From Shigella phage SP21535, in sequence record PQ615101: a DNA stretch of 64,000 bases. One strand, written 5' to 3'. Every line of letters starts with the position of its first letter. The stretch's first letter is position 1. Shown here one piece after another: positions 28,537 to 39,049 of the stretch. The notes beneath the pieces are model-generated. The model was given only the letters and a program-made list of their open reading frames with translations, did not search any database and was not told the DNA's origin. Made by a program: the position numbers and the translations under genes.

Positions 28537-28733
28537 ATTAACCCAACTAAAGCAAATGCTAAATCTACGAATGTATCAAGAGTAACTACTGGAATACTAA
28601 CGCCATGAGCAATAGCAACTGGCGATAAAACAAAATTCCAAAGTAAAATTCCTATCATAGCAGAAATAGTAAAAGCTATACGTTTCTTATTACCTTTGAT
28701 GGCATTAACAAGTGCCATTAATTTTTGTACCAT
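28533..28733 (-). CDS. Small hydrophobic protein (66 aa, two predicted TM segments) encoded antisense to, and convergent with, gene 61
   Basis: ORF track; strong RBS AGGAGG 4-5 nt upstream of the ATG on the - strand. Confidence 0.45.
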   Translation of the reverse strand: MVQKLMALVNAIKGNKKRIAFTISAMIGILLWNFVLSPVAIAHGVSIPVVTLDTFVDLAFALVGLI

Positions 28734-28768
28734 ATGTCCTCCTTTAAATTAATATTTATCATAAATTT

Positions 28769-28798
28769 GTTTACTTTCTCAGCTTGTTATGGTATTAT
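28769..28798 (+). promoter_or_regulatory. T4 early-type promoter (GTTTAC, 18-nt spacer, TGGTATTAT)
   Basis: -35 at 28769-28774; -10 TATTAT at 28793-28798; 25 nt upstream of the 186-aa ORF. Confidence 0.55.
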
Positions 28799-28823
28799 AA
28801 AATAAATTGCTGAGGATGATATA

Positions 28824-30162
<1,339 letters not shown>

Positions 30163-30163
<1 letters not shown>

Positions 30164-30189
30164 TTGCTTACATACTCAAATGATATAAT
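30163..30189 (+). promoter_or_regulatory. Candidate middle promoter (imperfect MotA box ATTGCTTAC plus TATAAT -10)
   Basis: TGCTT at 30165-30169; TATAAT at 30184-30189. Confidence 0.3.
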
Positions 30190-30223
30190 TATTTAACTTA
30201 TTAATGAATTGAAAGGAAAACTA

Positions 30224-30742
30224 ATGGCTCACTTTAATGAATGCGCTCATTTGATCGAAGGTGTTGATAAAGCAAATCGTGCATATGCTGAGTATATTAT
30301 GCACAGTATTGACCCATTGCAGGTTATGCTTGACATGCAGCGGCATTTACAGATTCGTTTGGCTAATGATAAACCAGAAACAAATCGTCATCCCGATTCA
30401 CTTGAAACTGCAGGAGAAGTTCTTGCTTGGCTGCGAAACCAAGACGATTATATCGCAGACGAAACTCGCGAGTTATATACTTCTCTTGGTGGTATGAGTA
30501 ATGGTGAAAAAGAAGCTTCTGCTGTATGGAAACCTTGGAAGAAACGTTATTCTGAAATGCAATCCAAGAAAATTCAAGATTTATCTCCTGAAGATCAACT
30601 TGAAATTAAATTTGAACTGATTGATCAATTTCACTTTTTCATGAATAAATTCATTGCTCTTGGAATGTCAGCTGAAGAAATCTTTAAACTTTATTATCTG
30701 AAAAATGCTGAAAATTTCGCTCGTCAAGACCGAGGTTATTAA
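30224..30742 (+). CDS. 56: dCTPase/dUTPase gp56 (MazG-like)
   Basis: ORF track 30209..30742; ATG at 30224 with AAGGAAAA; recognised sequence. Confidence 0.85.
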   Translation: MAHFNECAHLIEGVDKANRAYAEYIMHSIDPLQVMLDMQRHLQIRLANDKPETNRHPDSLETAGEVLAWLRNQDDYIADETRELYTSLGGMSNGEKEASAVWKPWKKRYSEMQSKKIQDLSPEDQLEIKFELIDQFHFFMNKFIALGMSAEEIFKLYYLKNAENFARQDRGY

Positions 30743-30942
30743 TGGCTCGTTTAAATAAACGTCAACTTAAGAAAGCCCACAAGAAACGTATTGACCAGCT
30801 ATTTAAAGATTATGACAAGGAGCTCACATATGAGCTCTTATCTAATCAGCTTCGTATGGTTGATTGGGTTGCAGAAGAAAGCCCTGACGAAATTTTTGTA
30901 AGTGAAGAAGCCTTAAAATTAATTATAGAGCATTCAAAATGA
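30742..30942 (+). CDS. Hypothetical protein (66 aa; soc.2-like position)
   Basis: ORF track; lies between 56 and soc, where T4 carries segF. Confidence 0.45.
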   Translation: MARLNKRQLKKAHKKRIDQLFKDYDKELTYELLSNQLRMVDWVAEESPDEIFVSEEALKLIIEHSK

Positions 30943-31112
30943 AAATATCCAAAGAAGAATTTATTAGACGTCAAAAAGCTTTAATTAATTTACATGAGTG
31001 GTATGCTTATCAACTTAAAGTAGATAGCTCTAACATAAATGCTGTAATGGCTTTATATAAACAAATTCAAGATGAGCATGAATTCCTGGCACAAGTTTTC
31101 ATTGAAGATTGA
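30939..31112 (+). CDS. Hypothetical protein (57 aa; soc.1-like position)
   Basis: Hand-translated MKISKEEFIRRQKALINLHEWYAYQLK...; ATG overlaps the upstream stop. Confidence 0.4.
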   Translation: MKISKEEFIRRQKALINLHEWYAYQLKVDSSNINAVMALYKQIQDEHEFLAQVFIED

Positions 31113-31120
31113 TATAAATA
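31113..31120 (+). promoter_or_regulatory. T4-type late promoter TATAAATA upstream of soc
   Basis: Exact TATAAATA 31 nt upstream of the soc ATG; soc is a late capsid gene. Confidence 0.6.
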
Positions 31121-31151
31121 CATCTGTAATTAAACAATAAAGGAGTTTATT

Positions 31152-31388
31152 ATGGGTGGTTTCGTTAACATCAAGACCTTTACTCATCCAGCGGGTGAAG
31201 GCAAAGAAGTTAAAGGTATGGAAGTTTCTGTTCCGTTTGAAATTTATTCTAACGAGCATCGTATTGCAGATTCTCATTATCAGACCTTTCCTTCTGAAAA
31301 GGCGGCATATTCTACTGTAGTTTCTGATGCAGCTGACTGGAAAACTAAGAATGCTGCAATGTTTACGCCTACAACAATAGGTGGTTAA
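31152..31388 (+). CDS. soc: Small outer capsid protein Soc
   Basis: ORF track, 78 aa; HYQTFPSEKAAYSTV motif recognised from T4 Soc; RBS AAGGAG. Confidence 0.75.
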   Translation: MGGFVNIKTFTHPAGEGKEVKGMEVSVPFEIYSNEHRIADSHYQTFPSEKAAYSTVVSDAADWKTKNAAMFTPTTIGG

Positions 31389-31394
31389 TAATTC

Positions 31395-31421
31395 AAGGAC
31401 TCCTTCGGGAGTCCTTTTTTC
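31395..31421 (+). terminator. Intrinsic terminator (AAGGACUCC-UUCG-GGAGUCCUU plus T6)
   Basis: 9-bp stem with UUCG loop and TTTTTT. Confidence 0.7.
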
Positions 31422-31429
31422 ATTTTATG

Positions 31430-31459
31430 GTTTACTTTCCAAAATGAGTATGGTATAAT
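31430..31459 (+). promoter_or_regulatory. T4 early-type promoter (GTTTAC, 18-nt spacer, TGGTATAAT)
   Basis: -35 at 31430-31435; -10 TATAAT at 31454-31459. Confidence 0.55.
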
Positions 31460-31485
31460 AGAATTATCTTATAGAGGAGAGCACT

Positions 31486-31698
31486 ATGTTAAATCGTTGG
31501 ATTAAACCAAATGAAGACCTTCAGAAGGTTCTTGATAAAGCTATCTCTGATAAATGGGGTATGAAAAGCTGGGATTGTGATGTCGTCACGCATTCATTCA
31601 TGATGCATGCAGATGGTTCAGTCGAGTTCAATGCTGAAATGCGATATACTGACTGGGGTGGATTTCAAAGAGTCGAATTTCAAAGAGGCTTTTTGTAA
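31486..31698 (+). CDS. Hypothetical protein (70 aa)
   Basis: ORF track. Confidence 0.5.
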   Translation: MLNRWIKPNEDLQKVLDKAISDKWGMKSWDCDVVTHSFMMHADGSVEFNAEMRYTDWGGFQRVEFQRGFL

Positions 31699-32030
31699 TG
31701 TTTATCTTTAATTGGTTTAAAAGTTTCTTTACGGATTTTTTCTCTACGACTCCTGGAGAAGGTGTAGTTCCTATTTCAAATGACTACCTTCCTTTAACTG
31801 TAGTTGAGTATGTTTATATGGGAGATGGAACAGTAGAAGCAGTTACTATGACTTATGAAGAAGCCCAAGAATATTATAAAAATCCTTGGCGCTGGTCAAC
31901 ACCTACTACATCATCTAACACACAGTCTAGTTCTGATTCATATGATACAAATGTCCCTGTTCATGTATGGGCAGGTGATTCATGCGGAAGTTCTTGTGAT
32001 TCTAGCTGTTCATCTACATCTTGTGATTGA
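31698..32030 (+). CDS. Hypothetical protein (110 aa) with a Ser/Cys-rich C-terminal tail
   Basis: ORF track; C-terminus ...[18 protein letters not shown]. Confidence 0.45.
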   Translation: MFIFNWFKSFFTDFFSTTPGEGVVPISNDYLPLTVVEYVYMGDGTVEAVTMTYEEAQEYYKNPWRWSTPTTSSNTQSSSDSYDTNVPVHVWAGDSCGSSCDSSCSSTSCD

Positions 32031-32038
32031 GGAAAATT

Positions 32039-32524
32039 ATGGAAGCGATTTTGTTTGAAATGTATATTAGCAGTAATAGCATGGCGTTTGCTAAAGATAT
32101 TCCAATTACAGTAGCAGTAATGATTGATAAGGGTTATTGTGACCCAATGTATCTCGTAGAAAATTTCGTTTCAATGCCAGTTCCAGAAGATGCTGAAATA
32201 AAACTTAAAAAGATTGGTATTATTGAAACTGTACCAAATATTCCGTTTAGAGCAATTGAAGCATTTACTAAATCCGAATACATTAATGTTAGCGCAGAAC
32301 AATATAATGATAAACCTTTATCTTTCTATTCGTATGATTCATTATATAGTTGGAAAATAGATAAAGGAAATAAATTTATAATTGCAAGTGAAGATGCTTT
32401 ATCATACTTTATTTATTATGTATGGAATAATTTAAATCCAAAATTGCTAAAAATTCATGAATTTGACGATGCTCCTACTATTGTTTTAGGTAAAACAAAT
32501 GAAAGTTCTGAAGAAAATGCTTGA
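32039..32524 (+). CDS. Hypothetical protein (161 aa; mrh-region position)
   Basis: ORF track 32027..32524; ATG at 32039 after GAGGAAAA. Confidence 0.5.
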   Translation: MEAILFEMYISSNSMAFAKDIPITVAVMIDKGYCDPMYLVENFVSMPVPEDAEIKLKKIGIIETVPNIPFRAIEAFTKSEYINVSAEQYNDKPLSFYSYDSLYSWKIDKGNKFIIASEDALSYFIYYVWNNLNPKLLKIHEFDDAPTIVLGKTNESSEENA

Positions 32525-32702
32525 ATGGTTCAATAGACCAAACTCAATGTATATTGACGATGGTTGGGTTGAACAGGCAAATAAAGAAATGCAGAACGAA
32601 TCGGAAGAATGGATGAAATCAATGATTAGTGCTGAGAAAGAAAAGAAATTAGAACGCTCAGCGCTTAAATTGATGAGAGACATCTATGGGGATAAATCGT
32701 GA
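32499..32702 (+). CDS. Hypothetical protein (67 aa)
   Basis: ORF track. Confidence 0.4.
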   Translation: MKVLKKMLEWFNRPNSMYIDDGWVEQANKEMQNESEEWMKSMISAEKEKKLERSALKLMRDIYGDKS

Positions 32703-32710
32703 ACAGAGAT

Positions 32711-32863
32711 ATGACGTTAGAAGAGGCCAAGGCTAAAGCAAATGAAGCACTGGATTTGCTTCTTAAAATCGGTAGTAAAATGATGGAAGAAAATGAGAAA
32801 TATATCCAGGAAAACAAAATTCCTGATGGTCCATTAGTAGGCAAAAGGAAATCCCATGATTGA
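32711..32863 (+). CDS. Hypothetical small protein (50 aa)
   Basis: Hand-translated [31 protein letters not shown]... Confidence 0.3.
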   Translation: MTLEEAKAKANEALDLLLKIGSKMMEENEKYIQENKIPDGPLVGKRKSHD

Positions 32864-33326
32864 AGTAGCAAAACATTATTCAATAGAATTTATGTCTAAA
32901 GAAGGTAAATCGGTAAATACACTTGATAAAGAGTGCTCATTAATTATTCCTTTAGCAGAAAATCCGGATATTTTAATTAAAGATATAAAAGAAAGAAAAT
33001 ATCCAGAAAATGTTATTCTAATTATAAAGCATACTGAAGATATTTTGCAGAATACTGATTCACCGTTTTCTTCTTCTGAAGCTTTAACTATTAAAGGCTA
33101 TAAAAGAGCTCATGAATATGGTCTTTTTGACCTGTTTGAAGACGATAAAGTTAAATTAGCGAGTCAACCTTCTAAAAGTAAAACATTCATTATTGAAGAT
33201 ATTAAAGATATAAATGCATTTGTTAAGATGGTCTGGGCTCATTTTGATGTTGGACTACGCTGGAGAATGTCCGAAGAAGAAAGAAAGATTATTGAAGCTA
33301 ATCGTCAATTTGGTTTTTATCGCTAG
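32856..33326 (+). CDS. Hypothetical protein (156 aa)
   Basis: ORF track. Confidence 0.5.
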   Translation: MIEVAKHYSIEFMSKEGKSVNTLDKECSLIIPLAENPDILIKDIKERKYPENVILIIKHTEDILQNTDSPFSSSEALTIKGYKRAHEYGLFDLFEDDKVKLASQPSKSKTFIIEDIKDINAFVKMVWAHFDVGLRWRMSEEERKIIEANRQFGFYR

Positions 33327-33334
33327 GAATTAAT

Positions 33335-33517
33335 ATGGATTTATTTGAGATGTTAGAAGATAATCATTCTACGAATATCCAGAATGATTCTAGTGATTAT
33401 AAGAAAGAGTACCGTATAGTATTACAGAATTATGGAATTGAAGCCCCAGATGCTCTTCTAGAAGAACTAGCTTCATACCATCTTGACCCTCCGCCTTGGG
33501 CTCCCTGGGCAAAATAA
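33335..33517 (+). CDS. Hypothetical protein (60 aa)
   Basis: ORF track. Confidence 0.4.
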   Translation: MDLFEMLEDNHSTNIQNDSSDYKKEYRIVLQNYGIEAPDALLEELASYHLDPPPWAPWAK

Positions 33518-33528
33518 TTCAAAAAGTT

Positions 33529-33558
33529 GTTTACTTTCCTTCCTAACAATGATATGAT
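33529..33558 (+). promoter_or_regulatory. T4 early-type promoter (GTTTAC, 18-nt spacer, TATGAT)
   Basis: -35 at 33529-33534; -10 at 33553-33558. Confidence 0.5.
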
Positions 33559-33584
33559 AGCTTCTGAAGTATATGGAGGCTATC

Positions 33585-34208
33585 ATGATTATTAATCTTG
33601 CAGATGTTGAACAGTTATCTATAAAAGCTGAAAGCGTTGATTTTCAATATGATATGTATAAAAAGGTTTGTGAAAAATTTACTGACTTTGAACAGTCAGT
33701 TCTTTGGCAATGTATGGAAGCCAAAAAGAATGAAGCTCTTCATCGGCAGTTGAATAAAATCGTTAAAAAGCATTTAACTAAATCACCTTATCAGCTATAT
33801 CGTGGTATATCAAAATCGACAAAAGAACTCATTAAAGATTTACAAGTTGGAGAAGTGTTTTCAACGAACAGAGTAGATTCATTTACTACTAGTTTGCATA
33901 CAGCGTGTTCTTTTTCTTATGCTGAATATTTCACTGAAATAGTACTTCGCTTAAAAACTGACAAAGCTTTTAATTACTCTGACCATATCAGCGATATTAT
34001 ACTTTCTTCTCCTAATACTGAGTTTAAGTATACATATGAAGATACTGATGGATTAGATTCAGAACGTACTGATAACTTAATGATGATTGTGCGTGAACAA
34101 GAATGGATGATTCCAATTGGAAAGTATAAAATAACTTCTATTTCAAAAGAAAAATTACACGATTCATTTGGAACATTTAAAGTGTATGATATTGAGGTAG
34201 TTGAATGA
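33585..34208 (+). CDS. modB: ADP-ribosyltransferase ModB-like
   Basis: ORF track 33573..34208; ATG at 33585 after GGAGG gives 207 aa; R / S-T-S / E-x-E-like motifs (YRG, TTS, EQEWMIP). Confidence 0.7.
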   Translation: MIINLADVEQLSIKAESVDFQYDMYKKVCEKFTDFEQSVLWQCMEAKKNEALHRQLNKIVKKHLTKSPYQLYRGISKSTKELIKDLQVGEVFSTNRVDSFTTSLHTACSFSYAEYFTEIVLRLKTDKAFNYSDHISDIILSSPNTEFKYTYEDTDGLDSERTDNLMMIVREQEWMIPIGKYKITSISKEKLHDSFGTFKVYDIEVVE

Positions 34209-34807
34209 AATATTCAGCAATGCAATTAAAAGATTTTAAAATCAAATCAATGGATGCATCGGTGCGTGCTTCTATTCGTGAAGAATTACTTTCTGAAGGA
34301 TTTAATTTATCTGAAATTGAACTTTTAATTCATTGTATTACTAATAAGCCAGACGATCATTCTTGGTTAAATGAAATAATCAAATCTCGTTTGGTTCCAA
34401 ACGATAAACCTCTTTGGAGAGGTGTTCCAGTTGAGACTAAGCAGGCGTTAAATCAAGGAATTGATATTATTACATTCGATAAAGTAGTATCAGCTTCATA
34501 TGATAAAAATATAGCTCTGCATTTTGCTTCTGGATTAGAATACAACACGCAAGTTATTTTTGAATTCAAAGCTCCTATGGTATTTAATTTTCAGGAGTAT
34601 GCTATAAAAGCTCTACGTTGTAAAGAATATAGTCCGAGTTTTAAATTTCCAGATAGCCATCGCTATCGTAATATGGAATTAGTTTCAGATGAACAAGAAG
34701 TAATGATACCAGCTGGAAGTGTATTTAGAATTGCAGATAGATATGAGTATAAAAAGTATTCAACATACACTATCTATACTCTTGATTTTGAAGGATTTAA
34801 TCTATAA
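34205..34807 (+). CDS. modA: ADP-ribosyltransferase ModA-like
   Basis: ORF track, 200 aa; motifs WRG, SAS, EQEVMIP; tandem paralog of the upstream gene. Confidence 0.7.
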   Translation: MKYSAMQLKDFKIKSMDASVRASIREELLSEGFNLSEIELLIHCITNKPDDHSWLNEIIKSRLVPNDKPLWRGVPVETKQALNQGIDIITFDKVVSASYDKNIALHFASGLEYNTQVIFEFKAPMVFNFQEYAIKALRCKEYSPSFKFPDSHRYRNMELVSDEQEVMIPAGSVFRIADRYEYKKYSTYTIYTLDFEGFNL

Positions 34808-34863
34808 TGGAAGGACTTAGATTCATTATACCATGAAAGTTTTAAAGCATTTTTCATAAAGTT

Positions 34864-34893
34864 GTTTACAAGCTGAAGTAAAAATGATATAGT
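34864..34893 (+). promoter_or_regulatory. T4 early-type promoter (GTTTAC, 18-nt spacer, TATAGT)
   Basis: -35 at 34864-34869; -10 at 34888-34893. Confidence 0.5.
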
Positions 34894-34922
34894 ATAAGTA
34901 GTTAACTGTCCGTGAGAAAAAT

Positions 34923-35669
34923 ATGAAACTGTCTAATAATCAAATTCGTAAAATTACACGTCGTCTAGAGCATACTCAGGCATCGGCTAAAAGACGTTCT
35001 AAAGATTTTAACTTAGACTTCAATTACATTAAGAACATTTTAGATCAGAAAGTTTGCGCTTACTCGGGAGAACCTTTTGATAATCGTATTGAAGGAGAGA
35101 AATTATCATTAGAACGTTTTGATAATAACGTTGGATACATTAAAGGGAATGTTATTGCAGTAAAGAAAAAGTATAATACATTTCGTTCTGATTATACTTT
35201 AGAAGAGTTGATTGAAAAGCGTGATTTATTTGCTTTGCGAATTGGTCGTTCATCTGCGAAAAAAGTTCATAAACTAAATTTAGATGAAAAGAAATGGGCT
35301 AAAATCAAAAAGACTTATAATCAAATTAAAGCTATACAGAAAAAACGTGAAAACCGAATTGAGCACATTTCTCAGCTTTCTAAATCAAAACAAACTTCTG
35401 ACGTTAAGCTAACGATTATAGCACTCAAAGCTCGTATTGATGGTTCTCGTATAGCAGAAGGCGCTGAAGTTGTTAAATTGAACGTTCTTCTTAAAGGCTC
35501 GGATTGGAAAACTGTGAAAAAGTTGTCAGAAGCAGAAATGCAATATGATATGTGTGATAAAATTATTCAAGGTGTAGAGCGGTATCAAAACTTGTCTTTT
35601 ATTGATAAACTTAAACTGAAAAGAGGATACCCGCTAAATTGTTCAATTTTTAAACTTATCCGAGGATAA
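34923..35669 (+). CDS. srd: Srd-like protein (T4 srd position between modA and dda)
   Basis: ORF track, 248 aa; assignment by position and size only. Confidence 0.55.
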   Translation: MKLSNNQIRKITRRLEHTQASAKRRSKDFNLDFNYIKNILDQKVCAYSGEPFDNRIEGEKLSLERFDNNVGYIKGNVIAVKKKYNTFRSDYTLEELIEKRDLFALRIGRSSAKKVHKLNLDEKKWAKIKKTYNQIKAIQKKRENRIEHISQLSKSKQTSDVKLTIIALKARIDGSRIAEGAEVVKLNVLLKGSDWKTVKKLSEAEMQYDMCDKIIQGVERYQNLSFIDKLKLKRGYPLNCSIFKLIRG

Positions 35670-35670
35670 T

Positions 35671-35982
35671 ATGTTTTATGTATATGCGATAGTGTATAGA
35701 GATAAAGATGGATTTGCGGTGCCTGTTCCTCTTGATGAACATCGTCCTGCTGTATTTTTTGAAAGGGAGATTGCTGATAAAGTATTTACAACTCTTAAAG
35801 AGCAGTATCAACTAGCTTTAGGTATGGGAATTCCTAGATTAGTTGAGACTCCACGCAAGTTTTGGTTTAATAAAATAGAAGTTAAACACGTTAAGCCTGA
35901 TGTAGACACACAAAGATTATATCGGCGAATTTTAGATACTGGGCGTATTGTTAGTATACCAATTGCAGGGAATTTACGATGA
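35671..35982 (+). CDS. Hypothetical protein (103 aa; dda.1 position)
   Basis: ORF track. Confidence 0.5.
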   Translation: MFYVYAIVYRDKDGFAVPVPLDEHRPAVFFEREIADKVFTTLKEQYQLALGMGIPRLVETPRKFWFNKIEVKHVKPDVDTQRLYRRILDTGRIVSIPIAGNLR

Positions 35983-37298
35983 CATTTGATGATTTGACCG
36001 AAGGCCAGAAAAATGCCTTTAACATCGTTATGAGGGCTATTAAAGAAAAGAAACATCATGTAACTATTAATGGACCTGCTGGTACTGGTAAGACTACTCT
36101 TACTAAGTTCATCATTGAAGCCTTAATATCTACGGGCGAAACTGGCATTATTTTAGCAGCTCCTACTCATGCGGCTAAAAAGATTCTTTCAAAACTGTCA
36201 GGGAAAGAAGCGAGTACTATTCACAGTATTCTCAAAATTAACCCAGTAACATACGAAGAAAACGTTCTTTTTGAGCAAAAAGAAGTACCGGATTTGGCTA
36301 AATGCAGAGTATTAATCTGCGACGAAGTATCAATGTATGATAGAAAGCTATTTAAAATTTTGCTTTCAACCATCCCGCCATGGTGTACTATAATTGGAAT
36401 AGGTGATAATAAGCAAATTAGACCTGTTGACCCAGGAGAAAATACTGCTTATATCAGTCCATTCTTTACGCACAAAGATTTTTATCAGTGTGAACTCACC
36501 GAAGTTAAACGCAGTAATGCTCCTATTATTGATGTAGCTACTGATGTTCGTAACGGTAAGTGGATTTATGATAAAATTGTTGACGGACATGGAGTACGTG
36601 GATTTACGGGTGATACCGCTTTACGCGATTTTATGGTAAATTATTTTTCAATCGTAAAATCATTAGATGATTTGTTTGAAAATCGCGTAATGGCATTTAC
36701 GAATAAATCTGTTGATAAGTTAAATAGCATTATTCGCAAAAAGATTTTTGAAACTGATAAAGATTTTATCGTTGGTGAAATTATTGTAATGCAGGAACCA
36801 TTAATTAAAACATATAAAATTGATGGAAAGCCTGTGTCAGAAATTATTTTTAATAACGGACAATTAGTTCGTATTATAGAAGCAGAGTATACATCGACGT
36901 TTGTTAAAGCTCGTGGTGTTCCTGGAGAATATCTAATTCGTCATTGGGATTTAACAGTAGAAACTTACGGCGATGATGAATATTATCGTGAAAAGATTAA
37001 AATAATTTCATCTGATGAAGAGCTATATAAGTTTAACTTATTTTTAGGTAAAACGGCAGAAACTTATAAGAACTGGAATAAAGGCGGAAAAGCTCCGTGG
37101 AGTGATTTTTGGGATGCTAAATCACAGTTTAGTAAAGTGAAAGCACTTCCTGCATCAACATTCCATAAAGCTCAGGGTATGTCTGTAGACCGTGCTTTCA
37201 TTTATACGCCTTGTATTCATTATGCAGATGCTGAATTGGCCCAACAACTTCTTTATGTTGGTGTAACACGTGGTCGTTATGATGTATTTTATGTATGA
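35979..37298 (+). CDS. dda: DNA helicase Dda (SF1B)
   Basis: ORF track, 439 aa (the T4 length); Walker A GPAGTGKT. Confidence 0.9.
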   Translation: MTFDDLTEGQKNAFNIVMRAIKEKKHHVTINGPAGTGKTTLTKFIIEALISTGETGIILAAPTHAAKKILSKLSGKEASTIHSILKINPVTYEENVLFEQKEVPDLAKCRVLICDEVSMYDRKLFKILLSTIPPWCTIIGIGDNKQIRPVDPGENTAYISPFFTHKDFYQCELTEVKRSNAPIIDVATDVRNGKWIYDKIVDGHGVRGFTGDTALRDFMVNYFSIVKSLDDLFENRVMAFTNKSVDKLNSIIRKKIFETDKDFIVGEIIVMQEPLIKTYKIDGKPVSEIIFNNGQLVRIIEAEYTSTFVKARGVPGEYLIRHWDLTVETYGDDEYYREKIKIISSDEELYKFNLFLGKTAETYKNWNKGGKAPWSDFWDAKSQFSKVKALPASTFHKAQGMSVDRAFIYTPCIHYADAELAQQLLYVGVTRGRYDVFYV

Positions 37299-37319
37299 TT
37301 AAATTTGAGGAAGCTATTC

Positions 37320-37565
37320 GTGGAAATAACTAAAGATCAGTTTTATCTTCTTCAAGATAAAGTAAGCGAAATTTATGAAATTGCTCATGGTAAAAATCGT
37401 AAAACTGTAAAAATTGAATCTAGTAAGTTGATGCTTCAATTAGAAGAAATTGAACGAGATTTAATTGCGTTAGAATTCTTTTGCGGTGAAGTGAAAACTG
37501 TTACAATCAATGATTACGTTTTAGGCGAAATTAGCTATCTTTATGAGGCGATTATTAATGATTGA
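37320..37565 (+). CDS. Hypothetical protein (start uncertain; GTG at 37320 after GAGGAA)
   Basis: ORF track 37305..37565 (TTG start); paralogous to the next ORF (both carry a ...YSLEEIQKDI / ...LQLEEIERDL segment). Confidence 0.4.
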   Translation: MEITKDQFYLLQDKVSEIYEIAHGKNRKTVKIESSKLMLQLEEIERDLIALEFFCGEVKTVTINDYVLGEISYLYEAIIND

Positions 37566-37800
37566 ATTAAGTTGGTGGCAGTTTAAATCTCTTATGACAA
37601 GTGTTAAAGATGTCATTGAAGAAAATCCAGGTCCTGAAAATATTACTATTCGCGAAAAAGCTTCAAAGATAGTATACAGTCTTGAAGAGATACAAAAAGA
37701 CATTGAATCTGTGGCAAAATTTATTGATGAGCCCATTAATAAAGTTTATATTCAAGACTATACTGTAGGTCAAATTCGCGATTTAGCAAGGAAAATTTAA
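37558..37800 (+). CDS. Hypothetical protein (80 aa)
   Basis: ORF track 37543..37800; in-frame ATG at 37558 after GAGG. Confidence 0.4.
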   Translation: MIELSWWQFKSLMTSVKDVIEENPGPENITIREKASKIVYSLEEIQKDIESVAKFIDEPINKVYIQDYTVGQIRDLARKI

Positions 37801-38483
37801 TGTTTGATTTTATTATAGATTTTGAAACAATGGGAAGCGGTGAAAAGGCAGCTGTTATTGATTTGGCTGTTATTGCCTTTGACCCTAATCCAGAAGTAGT
37901 TGAAACGTTTGATGAATTAGTTTCACGCGGCATTAAAATCAAGTTTGATTTAAAAAGCCAAAAAGGACATCGTCTTTTTACTAAAAGCACTATCGAATGG
38001 TGGAAGAATCAATCTCCTGAAGCTAGAAAAAATATTGCACCATCAGATGAAGATGTAAGCACTATCGATGGTATTGCAAAATTTAATGATTACATCAATG
38101 CACATAATATTGATCCTTGGAAATCTCAAGGCTGGTGCCGTGGAATGTCGTTTGATTTTCCAATTTTAGTCGATCTCATTCGCGATATTCAACGTCTTAA
38201 TGGCGTTTCTGAGAATGAGCTTGATACGTTTAAGTTAGAACCATGTAAATTTTGGAATCAGCGTGATATTCGTACCAGAATTGAAGCACTTCTGCTTGTT
38301 CGTGATATGACAACGTGTCCCCTTCCAAAGGGAACTTTAGATGGATTTGTTGCGCATAATTCTATTCATGACTGTGCGAAAGACATCCTGATGATGAAGT
38401 ATGCTTTGCGATATGCTATGGGTCTTGAAGATGCTCCGTCAGAAGAAGAGTGCGATCCTCTATCTCTTCCAACAAAACGATAA
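37800..38483 (+). CDS. dexA: Exonuclease A (DexA, DnaQ-like 3'-5' exonuclease)
   Basis: ORF track, 227 aa (the T4 length); DFET exonuclease motif. Confidence 0.85.
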   Translation: MFDFIIDFETMGSGEKAAVIDLAVIAFDPNPEVVETFDELVSRGIKIKFDLKSQKGHRLFTKSTIEWWKNQSPEARKNIAPSDEDVSTIDGIAKFNDYINAHNIDPWKSQGWCRGMSFDFPILVDLIRDIQRLNGVSENELDTFKLEPCKFWNQRDIRTRIEALLLVRDMTTCPLPKGTLDGFVAHNSIHDCAKDILMMKYALRYAMGLEDAPSEEECDPLSLPTKR

Positions 38484-38489
38484 AAAGTT

Positions 38490-38519
38490 GTTTACTTCCT
38501 CGGTTAGTTGTGGTATTAT
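38490..38519 (+). promoter_or_regulatory. T4 early-type promoter (GTTTAC, 18-nt spacer, TGGTATTAT)
   Basis: -35 at 38490-38495; -10 at 38514-38519. Confidence 0.55.
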
Positions 38520-38546
38520 AACACCATAGCTACTGAGGATAATAAA

Positions 38547-39047
38547 ATGAAAATTTATCGTGTTGAATCATCGTTTAGTATTCTTGATTATGAAGATGCT
38601 ATAACAATACGTCGAAATCTTTGTGTTCAAATAACGCCGTACAGGAGTATAATAGATTCATGGAGCGAAGAGTGGCTATTACACGTAGGTTATGACAGAC
38701 CTAATTTTATGCATCATAGTAATGATAATAAAAGAATTCCTCTTCCACATGAAGACAAATTATTAGTTAAAAATGCTAATATCGTAATTAATACTAAGTT
38801 CAAGAAAGATTATGTTGGAGTAGAATATCATATTCCAGGATGGTTTATAGGTCTTTATCATTTTGCTTTCGCTAGCGAATATGATATGATGAGATGGTTC
38901 ACACGAGAAGAGCGTGAAGAATTATCTTCTAAGGGATTTTATCTTGCTGTATACGAAGTGCCAGATGACCAAGTTATCATTGGCGGACGCCAAGTAATGT
39001 TCCGCAAATCGCATGCTGAACTCGTAGATTTTATTGAAATGAGATAA
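38547..39047 (+). CDS. Hypothetical protein (166 aa; T4 motB-region position)
   Basis: ORF track 38508..39047; ATG at 38547 after GAGGA. Confidence 0.5.
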   Translation: MKIYRVESSFSILDYEDAITIRRNLCVQITPYRSIIDSWSEEWLLHVGYDRPNFMHHSNDNKRIPLPHEDKLLVKNANIVINTKFKKDYVGVEYHIPGWFIGLYHFAFASEYDMMRWFTREEREELSSKGFYLAVYEVPDDQVIIGGRQVMFRKSHAELVDFIEMR

Positions 39048-39049
39048 TT

